A DNA stretch of 63,677 nt, counting the filler, from Folioceros fuciformis (taxonomy: Eukaryota), in NCBI GenBank assembly GCA_049999805.1. It is 17 parts of 17 records of this genome, joined end to end, with 100 filler letters (N's around TTAATTAATTAA, not from the genome) between each part and the next. Parts side by side here need not be neighbours in the genome. Positions count along the whole stretch, not along the records: positions 28,988 to 38,200 come from JBNGIO010005181.1; positions 38,301 to 39,851 come from JBNGIO010005182.1; positions 39,952 to 43,046 come from JBNGIO010005183.1; positions 43,147 to 47,585 come from JBNGIO010005184.1; positions 47,686 to 52,754 come from JBNGIO010005185.1; 12 more parts are not named here. One strand, 5' to 3'. Of this stretch, positions 37,969-48,060 are shown one piece after another; the stretch's first letter is position 1, and each line of letters starts with the position of its first letter. The notes under the pieces were generated by a model. That model had not been told where the DNA came from. It was given only the letters and a program-made list of their open reading frames with translations, and did not search any database. The translations under genes and the position numbers were made by a program.

Positions 37969-38200
37969 CTTCGGTGGTTCGAATGGGCAGGTCAGAATGG
38001 CAATCTTTGCATCCTCTAGCCTACCACCAACTTTTCCTTCAACCTTAATCAAGTCAAGGTTGACATCACGTCTCTCCAAATCCGCCACAGCAAGCACAGC
38101 TTTCACTGCAATTTCCGCCAGCATCCGTTTGCACCTACCCACTATCTTGGAAGATAGCGTCGTCATGCACGTCTGAATGAGAGGCTCAGCATTATCTGCA
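37969..38200 (-). pseudogene. CCT5: Chaperonin CCT-epsilon (TCP-1 epsilon) fragment with internal in-frame deletion
   Basis: [59 protein letters not shown] joined directly to [14 protein letters not shown], then a stop. Confidence 0.88.
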
Positions 38201-38300
38201 NNNNNNNNNNNNNNNNNNNNNNNNNNNNNNNNNNNNNNNNNNNNTTAATTAATTAANNNNNNNNNNNNNNNNNNNNNNNNNNNNNNNNNNNNNNNNNNNN

Positions 38301-38915
38301 TGAAGGTCCAACGATTCGAAATTGGCACCCTTCCTGGTGGCAAATCCCCTAGCACCCAAGTCTCATTCTCCACCAGCGAGTTGAATTCTGATCTTATGGC
38401 CTCTTGCCACTTTTCCTTTTCTACAGATGTGATTGCCTCTTGATAGGATTGTGGTTCTCCCAAGTCTGATGCTGTTACTAAGGCCTGAGACATCATGGCT
38501 GAGTGTTGTAGGTGCCCTTCCATGGCATATGGCACTTCCTTCCACTCCAGCGGTGACGAGGTGTGTCTACAAGCTGATCTACGTGGTTGAACCACATCTG
38601 ATTCTGGTGTTGGCGGAGGCAGCTGATCCGCTGTCGTATTCGGGTCTAGCTCAACTTCGTGGTCATCACCTCCCGCTTGCTCAGGACGGTTGTCATAACC
38701 AGCATTTTCTGTCCCAATATGATATTGGTTTGGCATGTCATCTTCCTCCAAGTTAGCCTCATCTTCTAGCTGTTCAGTCATATCATAGGGGAATTCATGC
38801 ACTTCTGAATCCAAGACATCAGTAGCAGCTGAATCTCCTTGTTGAGTCGCAAGTGGAGAAGCTGCTAAAAGTGATCTTTCATCAAATTTGCCGAATCGAG
38901 CAAGTGTTACCATTC
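38301..38915 (-). mobile_element. Copia pol fragment (INT-RT linker and RT start)
   Basis: KFDE...EPQSYQEA...EFNSLVENETWVL. Confidence 0.9.
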
Positions 38916-39102
38916 TCAACACGGCATTGGTGATACAATCGTCCATCAATGTTGAGAGCCACTCAAACTGTGAAGCTACACACAAGCCAAATGATGTGGC
39001 ATGCCCAGAATGCCACTTAAGCAACCCACCTCCACTAAAGGCGGCCGGGCGATATCATCGCCAGGGCAGGCCAAGTCAGCAACTTATCATCGGAGGACTC
39101 AA

Positions 39103-39851
39103 ATGGCTATGGCGACATCGATGAGGCTGGATTTTAAAGACAAGGACCGTTTTTCAGGCTCCAATTACGATGTTTGGGCTCATAGGGTTAAGACCCTCCT
39201 CATGATCGAGGACTTGTGGGAGGTGGTGGATGGCTCTGCTCCTCAACCAAGCCCAAACGCTTTGGCTGCAGATATTACGGCATGGAACAAGAAGGATTTG
39301 AAGGCCAGGGCTATCCTGGATCTCACCATTGACAACAGCATGATTCACCACATTGAAGATGCTGTTTCGGCACATCTGGCATGGACAGCCCTATCGCAGA
39401 TGTTTGCCACAACCAATCAATCATCACTTGTTCATGCCACACGCTCGTTTAGGAATTGCAAGATGAAAGACTCGGAGACGGTTGAAGAGCACATTATGCA
39501 CTTCATACATTTGAGGCAGAAGCTAGCTGCAGCGGGGACGAAGGTCTCTGAGCTCCAGGCCTCCGTTGCACTCTTGATGTCACTGTCGGACAAGTACAGA
39601 GTGTTCGTCAGTACTCGAAACAATACCCTCCGCACGACTACAGCAGCAACTGTTACACTCTCCAACACCATCGGAGCTTTGCTTGAAGAAGAGGCTGCGA
39701 TGAGATCAAACCGAGGACCCGGTTAGTCCTCTCATGGTCGCGTACTCTACGCTGGAAGAGGAACCAGAGGTGGCCGAGGAGGTCGCTTCCCTAGCCGATT
39801 TGGGTGGCAAGGGAGGCCTAAGAATGTGGGCATGAGAACTCCACCCAATCC
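39103..39851 (+). mobile_element. Copia gag (stop at 39724-39726)
   Basis: FKDKDRFSGSNYDVWAHRVKTLL, LLMSL, LLEEE. Confidence 0.9.
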
Positions 39852-39951
39852 NNNNNNNNNNNNNNNNNNNNNNNNNNNNNNNNNNNNNNNNNNNNTTAAT
39901 TAATTAANNNNNNNNNNNNNNNNNNNNNNNNNNNNNNNNNNNNNNNNNNNN

Positions 39952-42900
39952 TCTCCGTGACTTTTGCAGGCATTCAACAAAGATGTCAAACACACCACAT
40001 CACTTTGGCCCTCACATGATAATAGCATCCTCTCTGCCTCATCTAATTCGCCAGCACGCCCAAGAAGATCAATCATGCAGGTGTGATGCTCAACAGTAGG
40101 TATGACACCATGCTGTTCAGACATGGAATCAAAGAGCTTGCGACCCTCCTCGACCAGACCCCCATGACTGCATGCTACTAGAAGGCAAGTAAAAGTAGCA
40201 TCGTTAGGATGAACACCGGCAGCTAACATCTCCTCAAAACAAGCTAGCGCCTTGCGACCTTCATCACATGCACCATACCCAGCAATCAGGGCATTCCATG
40301 TCACCACATCTTTAGTGGTCATGCTGTCAAAAAACTGGCGTGCATCTTCCACCTCACCACATTTCGCATACATGTCCACCAGGCAGGTTCCCACCACTAC
40401 ATTATCCAGCAGTTCTCTTTCGACAATCTGTGAGTGCATCTTCCTGCCCATCTGCAAGGCACCACTGCTTGCACACGCCTTCAGAATGCAAGCAAAAGTA
40501 ACATCATTAGCCAAAACGAGGCCTGCCTCCTCCATCTGTCCATACACAACAAGGGCCTGTTGGCCGAGTCCTTGCTGTGCATACCCAGCAATCAGAGCTG
40601 TCCATGTAACCACATTCTTTGTGTTCATACTGTCAAAAACCTGGCGGGCATCTTCCACCTCACCACATTTCGCATACATGTCCACCAGGCAGGTTCCCAC
40701 CACTACATCATCCAGCAGACCTCTGTTGACAATCTGTGAGTGCAGCTCCCTGCCCTTCTGCAACGCACCAGTGCTTCCACACGCCTTCAAAAGGCAAGCA
40801 AAAGTAACGTCATTAGCCAAAACGAGGCCTGCCTCCTCCATCTGTCCATACACAACAAGCGCCTCTTGCCCGAGTCCTTGCTGTGCATACGCAGCGATCA
40901 TGGCTGTCCATGTCACCACATCCTTCGAGGCCATGCCATCGAAAACCTGGCGGGCACCTTCCAGGTCACCACATTTTGCATACATGTCCACCAGGCAGTT
41001 TCCAACCACTATATTATCCAGCAGTTCTCTCTTGACAATCTGTGAGTGAAGCTCCCTGCCCTTGCGCAAGGCACCAGTGCTTGCACACGCCTTCAGAAGG
41101 CAAGCAAAAGTAACATCATTAGCCAAAACGAGGCCTGCCTCCTCCATCTGTCCATAAACAACAAGGGCCTCTTCGCCGAATCCTTGCTGTGCATACCCAG
41201 CGATCATGGCTGTCCATGCCACCACATCCTTCGAGGCCATGCCGTCGAAAACCTGGAGGGCATCTTTCAGCTCACCACATTTTGCATACATGTCCACCAG
41301 GCAGGTTCCCACCACTACATCATCCAGCATACCTCTGTTGACAATCTGTGAGTGCAGCTCCCTGCCCTTCTGCAAGGCACCAGTGCTTCCACACGCCTTC
41401 AGAAGGCAAGCAAAAGTAACATCATCAGCGAAAGCGAGGCCTGCGTCCTCCATTTGTGCATATACAACAAGCGCCTGTTGGCCGAGTCCTTGCTGTGCAT
41501 ACCCAGCGATCAAGGCATTCCAGGTCACCACATCTTTAGTGGCCATGCCGTCAAAAACCTGGCGTGCATCTTCCAGCTCACCACATTTTGCATACATGTC
41601 CACCAGGCAGTTTCCCACCACTATATTATCCAGCAGTTCTCTCTTGACAATCTGTGAGTGAAGCTCCCTGCCCTTCTGCAAGGAACCAGTGCTTGCACAC
41701 GCCTTCAGAAGGCAAGCAAACGTCACATCATTAGCCAAAACGAGGCCTGCCTCCTCCATCTGTCCAAACACAACAAGCGCCTCGTGGCCGAGTCCTTGCT
41801 GTGCATACCCAGCGATCAGGACCGTCCATGTTACCACATCCTTCGTGTTCATGCCATCAAAAACCTGGCGTGCATCTTTCATTCGGCCACATTTTGCATA
41901 CATGTCCACCAAGCAGCTGTTAACAAACAAGTCAGTACGGAAGCCACTGCGCAACACGTCACGGTGCACTGTTCTGCCAGATTTTAAGTCGGCAGCAAAT
42001 GCACAAGCTTGAAGGGAGGCTACAAATACATAACCATCCGCCTTCACTTCTGACCTACGCATTTCATGGTACAGTTGTATGGCCTCCTTCGGCTTCCCGT
42101 GCTTAGCATGTGCAGAGATTATGGAAAACCACATGAAGACATTCGGTTTCCCTACCCTATTGAACACATCCATCGCCTCCTTTAGCCTACCTCCACATGC
42201 ATACATGCGCAAGATATGGTTCCCCAAATATGCATTCGACTCGTACCCAAGTTTGGCTGTGAGATCATGAACTCGTCGCCCCACCACCAAATCCTTCTTA
42301 GCTGTACAGAGTTTTAACACTGTGTAAAACAGAGACTGAGAAACACCAGAGCCTGACTGCACCAGAGATTCCAGGGCTCCAACGGCCTCAGAAAGCTTCC
42401 CCTGATGACATAACATGCTCACGGTTGCAGCAGTTACGACGCCCGTTTCCAATTCTGCACGCCTGCCAGATCCACGCTTATACAGAGAGCTGCACTCGAA
42501 AGAAGAGACTCCATGACCCATTGGATGTGAAAGTGCTGGGTTTCTTACACTGCTGCCCCTGGAGCCCATTTCACCACCTCTACGCCTTCCAGGTTCAGGA
42601 TTATCTGGAGAGCTCAAGTTGCAAGCAGAGGAACCGAGACCCATCTGCATATCCAAGGAGACGAGCTGCTCATCAACCCAAGCTGGCTTAAACATGTTGT
42701 CCACCCACAGCACCTCGCCGGACCCCTTACGCCGGAAGTCAGGGGAACGGGAGCTCTTCTTGTCTCGTCTGTTATCCCACCACATGGTGGGGTCCAGAAA
42801 AAGTTGTTGCCACAAGTGCTCCTGCTGCTCCTGGCAACTACCAGCATCGTCGGAAAACCCGTCCCTGCCCACACAGGTTCTCGTTCTCGGAGGTGGAAGT

Positions 42901-43046
42901 GCTGGGCTCCTCACACTGCTGCACCTGGAGCCTTTGTTTGCAAAGGGTCCACTCCCAAAGCTGAGGTGAGCGGGGGTTCCTGGTAGAGTCCTTCTACACA
43001 CACCAATTCCAATTTGTTGGGTCCACAACAGGTCCGGTTGCCATAC
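39952..43046 (-). CDS. PLS-class PPR protein with E domain and N-terminal OSB/PDF-like motif (open at both contig ends)
   Basis: Uninterrupted frame of more than 1000 aa with 102-aa P-L-S triplets (VVTWxAxIAGYAQQG / VTFACLLKAC / VGxCLVDMYAKCG), S2-E1 HHTCMIDLLGRAGELDEAE...LLNACKSHG, and WWDNR...PDF...LW near the N-terminus. Confidence 0.95.
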
Positions 43047-43287
43047 NNNNNNNNNNNNNNNNNNNNNNNNNNNNNNNNNNNNNNNNNNNNTTAATTAATT
43101 AANNNNNNNNNNNNNNNNNNNNNNNNNNNNNNNNNNNNNNNNNNNNAGTACATTCCTGGATGTGCATCTTCCTGTGTGCTCAGTTACTGACCAGGGCCCC
43201 ACCTTGTGCATGCAATGTTGCAGACTGGGACGGGATGACAGTTGTGGAGTTGGAAAGTTGCACACAAGGGACCAGGATTGGCTGCAG

Positions 43288-43950
43288 CTCGAACATGAAA
43301 TCCAGGCTGTGGAAGCTTTGCGACAGCAAGGCATTCGTCTTTCGACAAACATCCTGGACAGTCTCCTGCAAAGGTGCATTGAAAAGAAAGATTTGGAGGT
43401 GGGCAGACGAGTTCACTCCGTTGTCATCAGCAGTGGACGTCAGTCCCGCAGTGGAGACTGGCCTTGATACAGATGTGTATGTGGGCAGCACTCTGACTGA
43501 CATGTATGGAAAATGTGGGAGTTTGGAAGATGGCCCTTCAGCTCTTCTATCAAATGCGGAGGGAGGGCGTACATCCCAACAAGGTCACATTCGTCTGTTT
43601 ACTGTCTGCCTGCAGTCACAATGGCCTGTTAGAGGAAGGAACCCGCCTCTTTCAGGCCATGTATGAGCAATACGGTGTTGCTGCTGACACGGACCACGAT
43701 TTATGCATGACCGACATGTTAGGCCCGTCAGGTCGCCTAGACGAAGCTCACGACTTCATCACCAGTCTGCCTGTGCAGGCGGACAGCAGTCTGTGGATGT
43801 CTTTGCTGGGAGCGAGCCGGATCCACAGAAACGTGGACATGGGAAAACTCTCATAGAGGCCATCTTAAAGCTAGACCCAACCATCGCTGCATCATAGTCA
43901 TCATGGGAGACAACCATGGTGCTCCTGGCACGCTGGACGACAAGGCAAGA
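43288..43950 (+). pseudogene. Collapsed, frameshifted PLS-E PPR pseudogene
   Basis: LLQRCIEKKDLEVGRRVH, DMYGKCGSLED, NKVTFVCLLSACSHNGLLEEG and LWMSLLGASRIH in three different frames, with most repeats deleted. Confidence 0.88.
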
Positions 43951-45234
43951 TAAGGAAGATGAGTTTTGCAACGGGATTGTTTCTGGCATTCAGGTCATGC
44001 CATTGCAGCAACTCCTGGACTGACCCTATTTCCAGGGCTGACCCATAACTCCCTGTTGTTGCTGCAAGTCCTGCACCCTAAATCCTAAACTCGAGGGTGT
44101 AGGGTTATTAAAGCATACTCTGAACCCTAAACTCGAGGGTGTAGGCTTATTAAAGATCAATGTGTTTAGATTAATGTATTTCGTCTTAATATTAGTATTT
44201 AATTAAGTATCATTTGTTTAGATTTATTTATTTTAGATTAATATATTTAGTCTTAATATTAGTATTTAGTTAAATATAATTTATTTAGATTTGGTCTTAA
44301 TAATATTCGTGTTTAGTTAAATATTATTTATTTAGATTAATTTAAGTTAGTCTTTTAGGAAGCTTTTTGTGTATCTTGTGTGTATTTTTTGTATAAATAC
44401 TCTTTTGAGCTCAAGACAGTGTGAGACCTCTCTTTCTAACGATCCTTCAAGGGGGGAGAGAAAAGTGGGTGTGTCTCGTATTATTATCGCAAGGTAGCTT
44501 CTCACCTCTTTTGTTTTTGAATGAGAGAATGGTAGAGCCTTATGGAGGAGTCATACAGACTTGACTAAAGCTTGTCTCAAAGAGAAGGCTTTTACTTGGT
44601 CATGCCAGGGAGTATGATTGCACTACTCGGGCTCGTTGACCTGAGCTAATGGTTGTCACACTCAAGGTGATCATCACATCTCTATGTGCCCTTCATCCAG
44701 AGTCGAGATTCCCTACTTAACAAGTGGTTTGGAATTTTGTTGTAAAGAAGTCTTTCGGTTTTTGGCTGAGCTCTTACCTTTGCTATATGTCTTTTTTCAA
44801 GTGGTTTGTTGTGATAGTCTATGACCATCTTTGAGACTATTTTTCTTTTGAGAATCTATCTAGTGGTTTTTTAGACCTATTTCTTCTGGCTAGTGCAGTT
44901 GGACTACATAGAGAAGGACTGCAGTTGGAAGGAGGAAGTTCCTCCTTAAGCTTTTCAAATTCTAGGTGCTAGTAAATTGTTAGCCATGATGAAGACCACT
45001 CCCAGAGTGTGCTAGATGGCTATACAAGAGGGCTTTCTTACATAGCTCATTACTCTAAGTATTGTTATTCAGCTTCACAAACACTTCAAGTCTCATCGTT
45101 GTCCTCACCAATTTGAGATCGTGACTTTAGGAGGCTATGAACCAATAGTGTTTGGGGTTTTGGTAGTCTTAGAGTCTCACCTAGACTTGGTCATCATGTA
45201 GACAGATATAGAAAATGCCTTGAACAGAGTATGT

Positions 45235-45368
45235 AGTGCGGTTATCTTAAATGAGCTTTTGGACACTGGTGGGCGATTGGTAAGCCTCATTCCTTTCGTC
45301 CAGTGCGGTTATCTTAAATGAGCTTTTGGGCACTGGTGGGCGATTGGTAAGCCTCATTCCTTTCGTCC
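45235..45368. repeat. 67-bp tandem duplication
   Basis: AGTGCGGTTATCTTAAATGAGC...CCTTTCGTCC at 45235 and 45302. Confidence 0.92.
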
Positions 45369-47052
45369 ACTTAGTCTACGAGTCACCTTCCCTTCTTACT
45401 TTTACGTAAAGCACATAATCAGCTTGCTTCCCTGCTCTTTACTATCCAAAAGAGCCTTTGTCCATTTTGTGAGGAAAGAGACTTGGCTAGCCATTGGATG
45501 AAACTTGACTGTCTTGGAGGCATAGTTGAACAAATTATTGGTAAACATGAAATATTGGTGTGATAAAAAATCGCACAGGTGATGCTTTTCGTTTCGAGAG
45601 GAGGAGGCGACACTACACCTTTCTTTGCATTTTGTAGAAATTGAGCGCCTGTGTTAGAATAGATAGGAAACCAAGATCCTCTATGGATTTGCAAGCATGG
45701 AAGTGCAACTTGTACACTCTAAACACATGAAATCATTCAGTAGAACTCTAAACATATGAAATCATTCAGTAAAACTGTGAAGGTTTGTGAATTGTTATCA
45801 AGGCTAGCCCCTAATTTGGGGTCGAAGATGGTCTTAGGGGGCAACACCTTGATAATCGTTGGAGAGAGCAGGAAAGGCGTAGGTAGGAGAGAATGCGCAA
45901 GGCACGTCAAAAAATTATTACCTTTTCTTTAGAAAAATAAGATGGGTTGTTTTATAAGTCTTTAGAGAGTCTACATCCTTCAAGAGACATATGTGTACTC
46001 AGTTACTGTAAAACTAATGCAGCTTAAGCTGGGTTCCAACCGGATTTCCTTTTAAAATATGAAGTTCCAACTGGATCTCCCTTCGACTTACATTAAGTAG
46101 ATATGTAAAGGCTGGGTTCCAACCGAATTCACTTTCAATCTACTGAAAGTTCAATTGGATCTCCCTAAGTAGATATGTAAAAGGCTTCCCACGTTGGTTT
46201 GTTTGGTATTAATATTTCTTTCCCTCTTCCAATGTTGAAAAGGATTAACTTAAGGGCAAAATCGAACAAATAGGCAATGTTCTTGCTAATACGGTAATGC
46301 TTGAAGAACACGAACTTGTGGTGCTTCCTAAGCTAGACCCATTATTTATGCACCTAAAGCGCTTTGTCCATAAAAGCTGTAAACCATAGTAAGCTGTAAA
46401 CCATTGTAAGCTGTAAAGCATAGTGCCCATTCTCCGAACCCAAACACATGCTGGTCACCTATGGAAACTGCGTACCGTAACTGCGTTCTGTTGTTCTTCG
46501 AATGTAGCTTCCTCGTAGGTCCGTTTTTCTCTTCCCTTGGGCTCTACTGTTGTCGTCGTTATGTGAGGACATGACGGCTGATGCGCGACGGCAACCTCCG
46601 ATACAGACTGTGCTACACAGACTGATGTCAATGCGGCTATGGCATGCGAATGCGCACTTAGAATCCACACATCTGAGTTAGCATTCGAAAGTGGAATCCG
46701 GTCCCGAAACCGTCTGCTGTTTCAGTTTATGAACTATGATATAAATGAAATGTGACGACTCACAACCCCGACCAGGGTGTCAGCCCTTCTAAACAGGCAA
46801 CGACGTATTGTAGCATCAAAATTTCCAAGAATTGCTGGACAAAAACAGAATTCTGCAATCCAGATACTGTACAGAGGATTCAAATGTGTCCAACCTAATG
46901 GGCTAGGCTGCTGCACAAGACAATGTCTGAATTAGCACTGTGACAAGCTAGGCTGCATGCAGACACGTGGTGGTGGCAAGAAGGAGAAGACAGAGCACCC
47001 CAGTCAGTGTCGTCTCTCTAGGCTCACGAACCAAGGTGACAAAGCTGGCCGA

Positions 47053-47585
47053 CTATGTCTCACCCAAAAGACCAGCACATAGCTGGGCCCGTTCATTCCT
47101 CAGCATAGCAATCTCCATCCTTATGCCCTCATCGCCTTGTCCAGCCCCCTCGGCAATTGTTTGCTCCAGAGTTGCGATAATCCGTTCAATACTTTTTATC
47201 TGATCATGTCTAGCGATCAGGAATGAGTAGCATGTACCAGGCCGTCCTGAAATACCACAGGAACGCAACAGGTCCATGCAACAAAGATACGAAACAACCT
47301 TTCGGTGCGGCCATCGTCTCATGCCATTCCGTCGACAGATCTTCTTCAGCACAGTTGGGCAGATTCCAAGCTCCTTTGCTGCAGCGTTAATAGGCAGATG
47401 AAAATGCTGTGCCAGATCGGTCATCTTCAGCTTGCCTGTCCTCTCCCTCTGCAGTAAATCATAGCTATGCAAGCTTCATCTTCTGCAAAGATCAACCATT
47501 CAAGGATCCTCCTGCTTCAGAAGGTTGCACAGCAAGCCAGAAAAGAGAAGAAAGCAACCTGTGCTGCAGCGTTGCTCTTCAGAGG
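47053..47585 (-). CDS. RWP-RK transcription factor without PB1, last three exons (47585-47559, 47448-47299, 47199-47053)
   Basis: Spliced product AAAQ|RERTGKLKMTDLAQHFHLPINAAAKELGICPTVLKKICRRNGMRRWPHRK|IKSIERII. Phase-0 GT-AG introns of 110 and 99 nt. The 5' part lies beyond the contig. Confidence 0.92.
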
Positions 47586-48060
47586 NNNNNNNNNNNNNNN
47601 NNNNNNNNNNNNNNNNNNNNNNNNNNNNNTTAATTAATTAANNNNNNNNNNNNNNNNNNNNNNNNNNNNNNNNNNNNNNNNNNNNTCAGTCTGTGCGCCT
47701 TTGCACTAGCGGTGTTCCTCGTGTACCAGAAACGCTGCGAGGAAGTGAGGAAACAGGGGTGACGAGCACGGAGCAAAGCACAACGAACCCAGCACCAGGA
47801 GTGGAACGAGTTCGTGACTGAACAACGCTGGCAGATCGCGAATTGGGAGTGTCAGCTGCAGATTTCCTTCGCCGTGAGGGAACTGAAGCCAACACAAACC
47901 AATAGCATGGCAGCAGAGGCACTGGAGCAATAGCTGAAACGGGCCAGAGAAACTCCACTGCCTCCAGAGTAACAGAAGAAAAGCCTAGGAGCTGCAGGAT
48001 GCGACTGGATTCAAGATGAAGTTTCATCCACCATACCTGCAGCTCGGGTATGTATCAGAA

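Noticed and set aside
40252-42012. Repeated plus-strand ORFs of 101-265 aa
   Set aside because: These are antisense shadows of the PPR triplet repeats.
44070-44360. Telomere or interstitial telomeric array
   Set aside because: Only isolated CCCTAAA-like units within a short duplication, followed by AT-rich low-complexity sequence.
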